60,126 nucleotides of DNA from Microbacterium sp. 13-71-7. GTDB taxonomy: Bacteria; Actinomycetota; Actinomycetes; Actinomycetales; Microbacteriaceae. Below the pieces are notes generated by a model. That model had not been told where the DNA came from, did not search any database, and saw only the letters and a list, made by a program, of their open reading frames with translations. A program made the position numbers and the translations under genes. Where the stretch lies: positions 1-60,126 of the forward strand of contig NZ_NCKN01000001.1 of assembly GCF_002257455.1 (NCBI RefSeq), written 5' to 3'. Below are positions 17,417 through 27,478 of the stretch, one piece after another. Every line of letters starts with the position of its first letter. Within the stretch, counting starts at the first letter, position 1.

Positions 17417-18889
17417 TTGAACACGTCCGTCCGCCGATTCCCCGACGGCTTCCTGTTCGGAGCCGCCACCGCCGCCTACCAGATCGAGGGCGCCGCCTTC
17501 GAGGACGGCCGCACCGCATCGATCTGGGACGCCTTCGCCCGCGAACCCGGTGCCGTGCTGAACGGCGAGACCGGCGACGTCGCGTGCGACCACTACCACC
17601 GCTACGCCGACGACGTGCGGCTCATGGGCGAGCTGGGCCTGCAGGCCTACCGCTTCTCGACCTCCTGGGCCCGCGTGCGCCCCGACGGCGGCGCGGTAAA
17701 CCCCGCCGGCCTCGCGTTCTACGACCGCCTCGTCGACGAGCTGCTCGCGGGCGGCATCGTGCCCTGGCTGACGCTGTACCACTGGGACCTGCCGCAGGCG
17801 CTCGAGGAGAAGGGCGGCTGGACCTCCCGCGACACCGCGGAGCGCTTCGTCGAGTACGCGCTCAGCGTGCACGACGCGCTCGGCGACCGCGTGCAGCACT
17901 GGACCACGCTGAACGAGCCGTGGTGCTCCTCGTTCCTGTCCTACACCGCGGGTGTGCACGCGCCGGGCCGGGTCGGCATCGAGGACGGCATGCTCTCCGC
18001 GCACCACCTGCTGCTCGCGCACGGCCGCACGATCCGAGCACTGCGGGAGCGGGATCCGGAGCTCGACCTCGGGATCACCCTGAACCTCACGGTCGCGGAT
18101 CCCGCCGACGCGCGCGACCCCGCCGACGTCGACGCCGCACGCCGCATCGACGGGCAGTTCAACCGCTGGTTCCTGGACCCGGTGCTCCGCGGCGCCTACC
18201 CTGCCGACGTCGTCGCGGACATCCGCGAGGTGGATCCGATCGCGGTGCGCCGCTGGGCCGCCGCGATCCACGAGGGCGACCTCGACACGATCGCCGCGCC
18301 GCTGGACTGCCTGGGCATCAACTACTACCACGGAGAGCTGCTCTCCGGCACGCCGCAGCCGGGCGGCGAGGGCACACCGCACGACAGCGGCGTCGAGGGC
18401 GAGAGCGTGCGGCGCACGCGCTCTCCGTTCCCCGCGGCGGACGACGTGCACTGGGTCGAGCGCGGGCTGCCGCGCACGGGCATGGGCTGGGAGGTGCAGC
18501 CAGAGGGGCTCACCCGGCTGCTGCGCCGGCTCGGCACCGAGTACGCGCCGGGGCTGCCGCTCTATGTGACCGAGAACGGCGCCGCCTACGACGACGAGCT
18601 CGAGGGCGGGCGTGTGGATCCCGCGACGGGGATCACGACCGGCGGGGTCGTGCATGACGCGGAGCGGGCCATGTTCCTGCGCGAGCACGTCGCGGCGACC
18701 TACGACGCGATCGAGGAGGGCGTCGACGTGCGCGGCTACTTCGCGTGGTCGCTCCTGGACAACTACGAGTGGTCCTGGGGCTACGGCAAGCGGTTCGGGA
18801 TCGTGCGGGTCGACTACGACACGCAGGAGCGGATCGTGAAGGACTCCGGGCGCGAGTACGCCAGGATCATCGCGGCCAGGGCGGTCTGA
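17417..18889 (+). CDS. GH1 beta-glucosidase
   Basis: GAATAAYQIEG, TLYHWDLP, TLNEP, VTENG, WSLLDNYEW; AAGGAG RBS before TTG. Confidence 0.93.
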   Translation: MNTSVRRFPDGFLFGAATAAYQIEGAAFEDGRTASIWDAFAREPGAVLNGETGDVACDHYHRYADDVRLMGELGLQAYRFSTSWARVRPDGGAVNPAGLAFYDRLVDELLAGGIVPWLTLYHWDLPQALEEKGGWTSRDTAERFVEYALSVHDALGDRVQHWTTLNEPWCSSFLSYTAGVHAPGRVGIEDGMLSAHHLLLAHGRTIRALRERDPELDLGITLNLTVADPADARDPADVDAARRIDGQFNRWFLDPVLRGAYPADVVADIREVDPIAVRRWAAAIHEGDLDTIAAPLDCLGINYYHGELLSGTPQPGGEGTPHDSGVEGESVRRTRSPFPAADDVHWVERGLPRTGMGWEVQPEGLTRLLRRLGTEYAPGLPLYVTENGAAYDDELEGGRVDPATGITTGGVVHDAERAMFLREHVAATYDAIEEGVDVRGYFAWSLLDNYEWSWGYGKRFGIVRVDYDTQERIVKDSGREYARIIAARAV

Positions 18890-18964
18890 GACATGGCCGG
18901 AGGGTCCGGCACCGGAGCCGGACGCACCGGGGCGAGGGGCGAGGGCCCAGGATCCGAGGATCGG

Positions 18965-19993
18965 ATGGCGGATCCGCAGGTCTCGGGGCGCGCGACGATC
19001 GAAGAGGTCGCCGCCGCGGCGGGCGTGTCCCGGTCGACGGTGTCCCGGGTCGTGAACGGGTCGACCGCGGTGAGCCCGCACGCGCTCGCCGCGGTGCGGG
19101 ACGCGATCGCGCGCCTCGGCTACGTCCCCAACCGGGCGGCGCGTTCCCTCGCCCTTCGACAGACGCATGCGATCGCGCTCGTCGTGCCGGAGGACACCCG
19201 GCGCTTCTTCGGCGACCCGTACTTCGGCGCCGTCGTGGCGGGGATCAGCGACCGGGTGGCGCGCTCGGACTACATCCTGAACCTGCTGATCGCGAGCGAC
19301 GACCCCGGCGGCCGGATGACGGGCTTCGTGCGCAACGGCGGCGTGGACGGCGCGATCATCCTGTCCCACCACAACAGCGACGCCTTCGTCGACCGCATCG
19401 TCGAGGCGGTGCCCGTCGTGTTCGGCGGACGCCGCACGAACGGCGGCGATGACGACTGGTTCGTGGACGTGGACAACGTCACCGGAGCCCGGCAGGCCGT
19501 CGAGCACCTGCGACGCATCGGGCGACGGCGCATCGCCACCGTGACAGGGCCGCTCTCGATGGCGGGCGGCGTGGATCGGCTGGCCGGCTTCCGCGCGCGT
19601 CTCGCCGAGGACGGGCTGGAGCCCTTCGCCGAGATCGCGGGCGACTACTCCGAGGCCAGCGGGGCGCGTGCGGCACAGGAGCTTCTCGCGCGCGCCGCCG
19701 CACCGGCAGGCGCCCTGCCCGACGCCGTCTTCGCGGCGAGCGACCTCATGGCCCGCGGCGTGCTGCGGACGCTCCGCGGCGCGGGCGTGCGTATTCCCGA
19801 GGACGTCGCGATCGTCGGCTTCGACGACTCGCCCGTCGCGCTGTCGACGGATCCGCCGCTCACGACGATCCGCCAGCCCATGCACGCGCAGGGCGAGGCC
19901 CTCGCGGGCGTGCTGATCGATCGGCTCACCGGATCCGCCCCTCCGCACCGGACGACCCTCGGCACCGAGCTGGTGGTGCGCGGGTCGGCGTGA
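18965..19993 (+). CDS. LacI family regulator (CelR/CebR-like)
   Basis: TIEEVAAAAGVSRSTVSRVVN, FFGDPYF, VGFDD, LTTIRQP. Confidence 0.92.
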   Translation: MADPQVSGRATIEEVAAAAGVSRSTVSRVVNGSTAVSPHALAAVRDAIARLGYVPNRAARSLALRQTHAIALVVPEDTRRFFGDPYFGAVVAGISDRVARSDYILNLLIASDDPGGRMTGFVRNGGVDGAIILSHHNSDAFVDRIVEAVPVVFGGRRTNGGDDDWFVDVDNVTGARQAVEHLRRIGRRRIATVTGPLSMAGGVDRLAGFRARLAEDGLEPFAEIAGDYSEASGARAAQELLARAAAPAGALPDAVFAASDLMARGVLRTLRGAGVRIPEDVAIVGFDDSPVALSTDPPLTTIRQPMHAQGEALAGVLIDRLTGSAPPHRTTLGTELVVRGSA

Positions 19994-20204
19994 TGCGCGG
20001 ACCGAATTCAGGATGGAATCGGCTCAGAGGCCGGAAAGCGGCAGATGGACGTGAACACGCTCGATCCGTCCTGAATACGGTGCGGGGACCGGAACCTGGA
20101 TGCCGTGCGTAACCCGAATGCGCGTGGGCATGGGTGCCGTGACCGACGGATCCGTAGCCGATCGGCTGATGCGGATCGGGCCGCGGCGTTCGTAGGCTGA
20201 GCCC

Positions 20205-21503
20205 ATGGAACCGCGGTCCGAGGCGCAGCGCGAGGCGGCCCCCGGCGACGGCGTGCGCGGGATCCTCGCGCCGGTGCGGTTCGGGCGGGCGCTGCAGGTG
20301 GTGCTCATCGCGCTGATCGTGGTGAGCGCGATCCGGTACCTGCTCCGGCACGGCGAGGGCGAGGACGCGGTGCCGGTCCTCGCCGGTGCCGCCGTGCTGG
20401 TCGTGGCCGCCGTGCTGCAGGGGTTCGTCCCCCGTCGCGGCGCGTGGCCGGCGACCTGGGCGCTCCTGGTGTGCGTGCTCTGGGCGGTGCTGACGCTCGT
20501 GGCCCCGTCGTTCGGGTGGTGCGCCGTCCCGCTCGCCTTCGCGGTGCTGCAGATCCTCCCGTTCTGGCCGGCGACGACCGCGATCACGGCGATGACCGCG
20601 GTGGTGATCGTCGCGGAGCTGCGCCTGGCCGCGCTGTTCGACCCGACGCTCGTCGCCGGCCCGATCGGGATCGCGTTCGCCACGATCGTCGCGTACCGCG
20701 CGCTCGACCGCGAGGCGCTCGCCCGCCAGCAGCTGCTCGACGAGCTCACCGCGACGCAGGCCGACCTGTCCGCCGCGCAGCACCGCGCCGGCGCGCTCGC
20801 CGAGCGCGCGAGGCTGTCGCGCGAGATCCACGACTCCGTCGGGCAGGACCTCTCCAGCATCAACCTGCTGCTGCAGGCCTCGGAACAGGGCTGGGAGCGG
20901 CGTCCCGACGCCGCCAGGGAGCAGGTGCGCGCGGCCGCGGGCACTGCGCGGTCCGCGCTCGACGAGGTGCGCCGCGTGGTGCGCGACCTCGCCCCCGGCG
21001 AGCTCGAGGGCGCTGCGGGATCCCTCCCCGCCGCCCTCGCGCGGGTGGTCGCCGAGGCCGCCGGGCGCGGCGTCGACGTGCAGTTCCGCAGCCACGGCAC
21101 CGCGACCGAGGTGCCCCTCCCTGTGGCGTCGGCCATCATCCGCACCACGCGCGGGGCGCTCGCGAACGTCGTGGAGCACGCCCGTGCGACCAGGGCCGTG
21201 GTGAGCCTGACCGCTCAGCCCGATGAGCTGCGCCTCGACATCCGCGACGACGGGGTCGGCTTCGACGCGAGACCCTCCGCGATGACGGCCAGGGCGGCGC
21301 AGCGCCGTGCGGCCGGCCGTGGCCAGGGCATCCCGGGGATGGCGGAGCGGATCGCGCAGCTCGGCGGCGCCCTGCAGGTCGAGAGCGCCCCGGGGGAGGG
21401 GACGACGCTGTCGCTCGTCTTCCCCCGCGCCCTGGACGGATCCGGATCCGTCCCGTCCGCCGAGCACGGAACCGGACCGGATCCGCAGGAGGAGAGCCGA
21501 TGA
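20205..21503 (+). CDS. Sensor histidine kinase (HisKA_3 type)
   Basis: N-terminal TM segments, ERARLSREIHDSVGQ, DDGVGFD. Confidence 0.9.
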   Translation: MEPRSEAQREAAPGDGVRGILAPVRFGRALQVVLIALIVVSAIRYLLRHGEGEDAVPVLAGAAVLVVAAVLQGFVPRRGAWPATWALLVCVLWAVLTLVAPSFGWCAVPLAFAVLQILPFWPATTAITAMTAVVIVAELRLAALFDPTLVAGPIGIAFATIVAYRALDREALARQQLLDELTATQADLSAAQHRAGALAERARLSREIHDSVGQDLSSINLLLQASEQGWERRPDAAREQVRAAAGTARSALDEVRRVVRDLAPGELEGAAGSLPAALARVVAEAAGRGVDVQFRSHGTATEVPLPVASAIIRTTRGALANVVEHARATRAVVSLTAQPDELRLDIRDDGVGFDARPSAMTARAAQRRAAGRGQGIPGMAERIAQLGGALQVESAPGEGTTLSLVFPRALDGSGSVPSAEHGTGPDPQEESR

Positions 21504-22126
21504 CCCTGCGGATCGTGCTCGTGGACGACCACCCCGTCGTCCGGGCGGGCGTGCGCGCCCTGCTCGAGTCGACGGACGACCTCGTGGTCGTGGGCGAGGC
21601 GTCGAACTCCGCCGGCGCCGTCCTGGCGGTCGAGGCCGAGCGGCCGGACGTGGTGCTCATGGACCTCAGCCTGGGCGAGGGGGAGGGCGGGATCGTCGCG
21701 ACGGCACGCATCCGCGCGCTGCCGGATCCGCCGGCCGTGCTCGTGCTGACCACCTACGACAGCGAGTCGGACATCCTGCGCGCGCTGGACGCCGGGGCGG
21801 CCGGCTACCTCCTCAAGGACGCCCCGCCCGACCAGCTCTTCGCCGGGATCCACGCCGTCTCGCGGGGAGAACCGGCGCTCGCCCCCTCGGTCGCCGCGGT
21901 GCTCATGCGCCGCGCCGCCTCGCCGGAGCCGCGCATGACCGAGCGCGAGGTCGAGGTGCTCGAGCTGCTGGCCGACGGACTCGGCAACCGCGAGCTCGCG
22001 AAGGCGCTGTTCGTCTCGGAGGCGACCGTGAAGTCGCACCTCTCCCACATCTACGGCAAGCTCGGGGTCGACACCAGGGCCGGAGCCGTCGCCGCCGCGA
22101 TCGAGCAGCGCATCATCCGGCGCTGA
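21500..22126 (+). CDS. NarL/LuxR family response regulator
   Basis: VDDHPVVR, DVVLMD, TEREVEVL...EATVKSH. Confidence 0.93.
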   Translation: MTLRIVLVDDHPVVRAGVRALLESTDDLVVVGEASNSAGAVLAVEAERPDVVLMDLSLGEGEGGIVATARIRALPDPPAVLVLTTYDSESDILRALDAGAAGYLLKDAPPDQLFAGIHAVSRGEPALAPSVAAVLMRRAASPEPRMTEREVEVLELLADGLGNRELAKALFVSEATVKSHLSHIYGKLGVDTRAGAVAAAIEQRIIRR

Positions 22127-22265
22127 CCGCGGCGGGCGCAGGGGCGCACCTCAGTGCGCCGATCCGGCCCGGCCGCAGACGCCGAAGCGCCCCGCCTCCC
22201 TGCCGTGCACGGCGCAGGAGACGGGGCGTCGGTCGCCGATCCCCCCAAGAGATCGGCGCCCGCGG

Positions 22266-23324
22266 TCAACCCCCTGACCGCAGGATCGCCCCGCCGAACA
22301 GCGCGAACGCCGTGATCCCTGCGGAGAGGATCACCGCCGCCGATACGCCGGCCACGGCGAGCAGGGACACGCCCTGTCCGCCGAGGCGCTGTCCGCCCAA
22401 CCCGATCGCCACGCCCTCCGGTCGTTCGATCGGGCCGGTGCTCTCGTCGCGGTACGGGCCCGTCCGCGCCGCGAAACGTCGGTGCAGCTCTTCGGCGAGC
22501 TGCACGGTCCTCTGCATCACGTCCGGCCGGTCGAACCGGGTGCCGCCGGGCAGATACACGTAGGCGCGATCCTCGACCAGTTCGAGCTCGGCGCCGGCGC
22601 CGAGATCCAGGATCCGCGCCATGAGGTCGGGCGTGAAGATGTAGAGGGCGTCGCGCTGATACCCCTCGGGCACGAGCAGCTGGAACGTCGACGCGAAGTG
22701 CCCCTCCAGGTCCATCCGCGCGCCGCCGAGCCCCAGGGTGGGCACGATGCTGCGGCGCCGGTTGCGCAGCACGATGTGCGGGACCTTCGAGGGCAGCGGC
22801 AGCTCCACGAAGGCGAAGGGGCGCTGCACGGTCGCGGCCTGATCCCGACCGCCGACCGAACGTGCGAGGCCGAGCTCGAACGGGAGGCGCTCATCCTCCG
22901 AGGCGATCACGCCGCGCTCGATCGAGCGGCGCATGCGCGTGAACGCCGACCCCGGACGTCGGGTGCCCTGCAGCAGATCCGCATAGGCCCAGCCGTTCGC
23001 CCCGGCGAACATGGCCAGACGTGCGCGGCGGGAGAGGCCCACGGCGTACCAGACGAAGCCGACCGCCCCCAGCGCGCCGTACAAGACGCCGACCACGGCG
23101 AGCAGCGGCACTCGGGAGAGCATCCCGATCGAGCCCAGCCACCAGAGCGCGACGACGATCGCCGCCGTGAGCAGCAGCACTCCGGCGAGCACGGCGAAGA
23201 AGCGCCGGTGCAGGGGGATGCGCGCCGCCCGCTCATAGGCGAGCAGCGTGCGCATGCCCGGCGGCGTGCGCAGGGCCGAGAGGTCGACCCGGATCGGCTC
23301 CGCGGCGTGCGGATCCGCGCTCAT
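22266..23324 (-). CDS. Hypothetical membrane protein (2 N-terminal TM plus 1 C-terminal TM)
   Basis: ATG 23324 just after the upstream gene's stop; LPSKVPHIVL, LEGHF, RDALYIFTPDLMA look like a conserved actinobacterial family. Confidence 0.65.
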   Translation of the reverse strand: MSADPHAAEPIRVDLSALRTPPGMRTLLAYERAARIPLHRRFFAVLAGVLLLTAAIVVALWWLGSIGMLSRVPLLAVVGVLYGALGAVGFVWYAVGLSRRARLAMFAGANGWAYADLLQGTRRPGSAFTRMRRSIERGVIASEDERLPFELGLARSVGGRDQAATVQRPFAFVELPLPSKVPHIVLRNRRRSIVPTLGLGGARMDLEGHFASTFQLLVPEGYQRDALYIFTPDLMARILDLGAGAELELVEDRAYVYLPGGTRFDRPDVMQRTVQLAEELHRRFAARTGPYRDESTGPIERPEGVAIGLGGQRLGGQGVSLLAVAGVSAAVILSAGITAFALFGGAILRSGG

Positions 23325-23335
23325 CCGCCCCTCGC

Positions 23336-24211
23336 TCACCCGACCCGCCAGGGCAGCGACGCCCACGGCCCGTTGCGCTTCGCGGTCGACGCGGCCTTGA
23401 ACTCGGACCAGCCGTCGCCGAACTTGTCGAAGGTCTTCTCGCCGATCACGCCGTCGCTCCAGTGCATCACGCGGCCCGTGATGTAGCTCAGGCCGAAGTC
23501 GGCCCAGGAGGAGAACGCCGGGCGACCCTCTTCGTTGATGCGGTGGATGATCGCGCGCGCCTCCGGCACGTCGGCGTGGCCCAGGGCGACGCCCCAGGTC
23601 GCGAGCGCGACGGCCTGGCCGAGCGCGTACCCGTCGAGCGTGCGGACGTAGAGGTCGGGCGTGACGATGTCCTTGCCGACGAGCTTGCGCACCTGGGTCT
23701 CGACGCCCTCGATCGCGGCGACGAAGGAGCGGGCATCGCGCTTGTCGCCGCCGGCCTCGATGATCGCGGCCGCCCACTCCTTGGACTTCGGCACACGGCT
23801 TAGGCGTCCCGCGAGCTCCGCGCGGATGGCGAGGCAGGTCACCCAGACGTCGCGGCGGCGCCGGACGGTGACGAGCCTCTCGATCCCGGCGAGCCACTCC
23901 TCGCGCGTCGCCACGCCCCACATCTCGACGAGCCGCTTCTTCTCGCCCGCGCTCAGCGCGGACGCGGTCGGGTCGTTCCACGGCCCGGACGGCTGGTTCA
24001 CGATCTGCAGGAAGCCCAGCGCGATCTCGTTCGCCTCCCGGTCGTCGGTCGAGTACGCCTCGGAGGGCTTGACCTTCGCCGCGGGCATGATCCAGACGAC
24101 CAGGAAGAACAGCACGACGACGCCGACGACGACCCACACCCACCACTGGGCGAAGAGCCAGCCGATGAGACTGCCGAGGTCGTTCAGATCGACGCGGGCG
24201 CTGCCGTGCAT
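23336..24211 (-). CDS. Membrane-anchored protein with probable DUF1266 domain
   Basis: GGAGGA RBS; N-terminal TM; L.EMWGV..RE and FSSWADFGLSYITGR..W. Confidence 0.65.
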   Translation of the reverse strand: MHGSARVDLNDLGSLIGWLFAQWWVWVVVGVVVLFFLVVWIMPAAKVKPSEAYSTDDREANEIALGFLQIVNQPSGPWNDPTASALSAGEKKRLVEMWGVATREEWLAGIERLVTVRRRRDVWVTCLAIRAELAGRLSRVPKSKEWAAAIIEAGGDKRDARSFVAAIEGVETQVRKLVGKDIVTPDLYVRTLDGYALGQAVALATWGVALGHADVPEARAIIHRINEEGRPAFSSWADFGLSYITGRVMHWSDGVIGEKTFDKFGDGWSEFKAASTAKRNGPWASLPWRVG

Positions 24212-24242
24212 GAGGATCCTCCGGTGTGAGGGTTTATGTAGG

Positions 24243-24266
24243 TTGAATGAATATTCAGTGATTAAT
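24243..24266. promoter_or_regulatory. AT-rich divergent promoter region with palindrome (putative TetR operator)
   Basis: TGAATATTCA perfect palindrome at 24248-24257 between divergent genes. Confidence 0.45.
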
Positions 24267-24315
24267 GTAGCGAACGGATCCGTCACCCGGAAAACGGATC
24301 CGGAAGGCACGGCGC

Positions 24316-25080
24316 ATGGCACGCTCCCCGGAGCAGAACCGCATCGCCCGGGAGCGCTCGCGCGAGAGCCTGCTCGAGGCGGCGATCGAGGTCTTCGCCG
24401 AGCGCGGGATCGACGGCGCCACGATCGCCGACATCACCCGGCGCGCGGGCGTCGCTCAGGGACTTGTCAACTACTACTTCGGTGGCAAGGAGCAGCTCGT
24501 CCAGGCCGTGATCGACCGCTGGTTCGACATGCTGCTCGGCATCGCGCACAGCGGACCGCCGCCGGTGCCGGCGAGTGCGGGCCAGGCGGACGGGGCTGGC
24601 ACGCGGTCCGCCGAGGAGCAGCCCCCGCCGTCCGCCGCGCCGCTCCCTCCGTCCGCCGTGCCGCTCCCTCCGGAGGTGCGGCTCGCGGCCATCATCGACA
24701 CCGCGCTCGGCATGACCGCGGTAGCCCTGCCCCTGCAGCGCGTGGTCGTCGCACTCCAGCAGCAGCCGACCACGCGGGCGCTGTTCGCGGAGGGGGAGCG
24801 GCGGCACCTGGCGGGCGTCGTCGCGGCGGAGGACGCGGTGCGCTCGATCTTCCGCGACCGCGGCGACGCGGATCCGGCGCTCGAGGAGATCATGCTCCGC
24901 AGCGTGCTCGACGGGATCGTCGGTCAGCGCATCATGTACGGCGACTCGTACCCGCTCGAGGAGGCCCGTCGCTGGGTGCACCGCCGCTACGGCCTGCCCG
25001 AGCCCGCGGAACCCCTTCCCGGCATGGCGAAGCCCGCGCCGGGCTCGGGATCCGAACCGCGCGCGCGGGCTTCGCGCTGA
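24316..25080 (+). CDS. TetR family regulator with Pro-rich insertion
   Basis: ATIADITRRAGVAQGLVNYYFGGKE. Confidence 0.9.
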   Translation: MARSPEQNRIARERSRESLLEAAIEVFAERGIDGATIADITRRAGVAQGLVNYYFGGKEQLVQAVIDRWFDMLLGIAHSGPPPVPASAGQADGAGTRSAEEQPPPSAAPLPPSAVPLPPEVRLAAIIDTALGMTAVALPLQRVVVALQQQPTTRALFAEGERRHLAGVVAAEDAVRSIFRDRGDADPALEEIMLRSVLDGIVGQRIMYGDSYPLEEARRWVHRRYGLPEPAEPLPGMAKPAPGSGSEPRARASR

Positions 25081-26427
25081 TCAGGCGGGGTCGCCGCCCA
25101 TCGGGCCGACGGCCTCCAGCGGCCGCGGGTCGTCCGCGCCGGACCTGCGCAGCCGTGCGATCGCGTTGCCGCCGTGGTAGATGACGATCGCGGCCACGGT
25201 CGCGATGACGATGCCGCCGAGCACGAAGCCCGAGTCCTTGACCGCGATCGAGAACCCGCCGACCGCGATGACGAGCGCGACGGCGGCCGTGTACTGGTTC
25301 ACGGGACGCGAGAAGTCGACGCGGTTGTCGACCCAGATCTTGATGCCGATCACGCCGATGAGGCCGTAGAGCCCCGTCGTGATGCCGCCGAGCACGCCCG
25401 CCGGCACCGAGTTGATGATCGCGCCGAACTTCGGGGAGAGGCTGAGCAGGATCGCCGCGATGCCGGCGACCCAGTAGGCGGCGGTCGAGTACACCCTGGT
25501 CGACGCCATCACGCCGATGTTCTCGCCGTAGGTGGTCGTTCCCGATCCGCCGAAGAGGCCGGCGATCGTGGTCGAGACGCCGTCGGCGATGAGCGCCTTC
25601 CCGGTCTGCGCGTTGATCTCCGGATCCTCGACCATGGTCGCGACGCCGCGGACGTGACCGACGTTCTCGGCGATGAGCACGAGCACGACGGGCAGGAACA
25701 TCGCGATGCCGCTCCACACGCTCGGCGTTCCGAAATCGGGGAAGTGGAACGTGGGAAGGCCGACCCAGGCCGCCTTGTCGACCGCGGAGAAGTCGAGCTC
25801 GCCGCGGAAGCCGGCGAAGATGTAGCCCGCGATCACGCCGAGGAAGATGGAGATCCGGCCCAGGAATCCGCGGAACAGCACCGCGAACACGATCGTGATC
25901 GCGAGGGTGAAGGTCGCCGTGATGGGGGCCTTGGCGAAGTTGCCGTACGCGGCGCCGGCGAGGTTGAACCCGATCAGCGCGACGATCGTGCCCGCCAGCA
26001 CGGGCGGCAGGAAGCGGTCCACCCACTTCACGCCGGCGACGTGCACGACGACGCCGATGATCGCGAGCAGCACGCCGACCGCGACGATGCCGGCGAGGGC
26101 AGCGCCGATCCCGCTGTCGCCGCCCGTCGCGTGAGCGGCGGTGGCGGCGGTCACCGGGGCGATGAACGCGAAGGAGGATCCGAGGTAGCTGGGCAGCTTG
26201 TTCCGGGTGATGAGCAGGAACAGGATCGTGCCCACGCCGCTGAACAGCAGGGTCGTCGGCACCGGGAAGCCGGTGAGGATCGGCACGAGGAACGTCGCAC
26301 CGAACATCGCCACGACGTGCTGCACGCCGATCGCGATCGTGGCGGGCCAGTTCAGGCGCTCATCGGGGCGGACGACGGCGCCGGGTTCGACGGTGCGTCC
26401 GTCGCCGTGGATCTTCCACAGGGACAT
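25081..26427 (-). CDS. NCS2 uracil/xanthine permease
   Basis: GVQHVVAMFGAT, YLGSSFAFI, AENVGH, TTYGENIGVM. Confidence 0.93.
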   Translation of the reverse strand: MSLWKIHGDGRTVEPGAVVRPDERLNWPATIAIGVQHVVAMFGATFLVPILTGFPVPTTLLFSGVGTILFLLITRNKLPSYLGSSFAFIAPVTAATAAHATGGDSGIGAALAGIVAVGVLLAIIGVVVHVAGVKWVDRFLPPVLAGTIVALIGFNLAGAAYGNFAKAPITATFTLAITIVFAVLFRGFLGRISIFLGVIAGYIFAGFRGELDFSAVDKAAWVGLPTFHFPDFGTPSVWSGIAMFLPVVLVLIAENVGHVRGVATMVEDPEINAQTGKALIADGVSTTIAGLFGGSGTTTYGENIGVMASTRVYSTAAYWVAGIAAILLSLSPKFGAIINSVPAGVLGGITTGLYGLIGVIGIKIWVDNRVDFSRPVNQYTAAVALVIAVGGFSIAVKDSGFVLGGIVIATVAAIVIYHGGNAIARLRRSGADDPRPLEAVGPMGGDPA

Positions 26428-26523
26428 GCGGACTCCTCGGGATCGGGGGAGGGGGCTGGAGAAACCCTATCCTGGGCGTTCCCTGGGAGCGCGCCCCGCG
26501 CTCGGCGGAGGGGGCGGGTCGGA

Positions 26524-27399
26524 TCAGGCGGTCAGGCGGTCGAGCAGCTCGGCGTAGCGCGCGGCGGTCTGCGCGACGACCTCCGCGGGCAGCACCGGCG
26601 GGGTGCCCTGCTTGTCCCAGTGGGCGCTCAGCCAGTCGCGCACGATCTGCTTGTCGAAGCTCGCCATGCGCTCGGCGGGGGTGGATCCGGTCCGCCACGA
26701 CTCGGCGTCCCAGTACCGCGAGGAGTCGCTGGTGAGCACCTCGTCGGCGAGGCGGAGGACGCCGTCGGCGTCGACGCCGAACTCGAACTTGGTGTCGGCG
26801 AGGATGAGCCCGCGCTCCTCCGCGATGGCGGCGGCGCGGCGGTAGATCGCGAGCGACACGTCGCGCAGCTGGGCGGCGCGCTCGGCGCCGACGATCTCGG
26901 CGGTGCGCTCGAACGTGATGTTCTCGTCGTGCTCGCCCATCGGCGCCTTGTACGCGGGCGTGAAGAGCGGCTCGGGCAGCCGGTCGCCGTTCTCCAGCCC
27001 CGCGGGCAGCGGGATCCCGCAGACCGTGCCGCTCTGCTGGTACTCGAGCCAGCCGGATCCGGTCAGGTAGCCGCGCACCACGCACTCGATCGGCAGCATC
27101 TCGAGCGACCGGGCGAGCATCGCGCGATCGGCCACCTCGGCGGGGACGTCCCCGTCCACCAGGTGGTGGGGAACCGGATCCGCTCCCTCGGCGAGCCGGT
27201 CGAACCACCAGCGGCTGAGGCCGGTGAGCAGCGCGCCCTTCTGCGGGATCGGCGGCTCCAGCGCGAAGTCGAACGCGCTGACCCGGTCGCTCGCGACGAC
27301 CAGCAGCCGCTTGTCCGCGGGATCCTCCGGCGCGTAGAGGTCGCGGACCTTGCCGGAGTAGAGGTGCCGCCAGCCGGAGAGTTCGAGGGGTGTGCTCAC
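26524..27399 (-). CDS. purC: SAICAR synthase
   Basis: SGKVRDLY, SDRVSAFD, ECVVRGY, ADTKFEFG, FDKQIVR. Confidence 0.96.
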   Translation of the reverse strand: MSTPLELSGWRHLYSGKVRDLYAPEDPADKRLLVVASDRVSAFDFALEPPIPQKGALLTGLSRWWFDRLAEGADPVPHHLVDGDVPAEVADRAMLARSLEMLPIECVVRGYLTGSGWLEYQQSGTVCGIPLPAGLENGDRLPEPLFTPAYKAPMGEHDENITFERTAEIVGAERAAQLRDVSLAIYRRAAAIAEERGLILADTKFEFGVDADGVLRLADEVLTSDSSRYWDAESWRTGSTPAERMASFDKQIVRDWLSAHWDKQGTPPVLPAEVVAQTAARYAELLDRLTA

Positions 27400-27478
27400 G
27401 CGTCCATTATCGCGGGCGTCCCGCCGGGTCGGGCACGGAGGCGGCGGCGATGTCCGAGGCTCGGCCTAGTGTGCTCGG

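Noticed and set aside
26428-26523. Possible purine riboswitch or PyrR attenuator before the NCS2 permease; partial CelR-like TGGGAGCGCGCCCC
   Set aside because: The region is short with no recognisable aptamer or U-tract, and the CelR-like match is not palindromic in GC-rich DNA.
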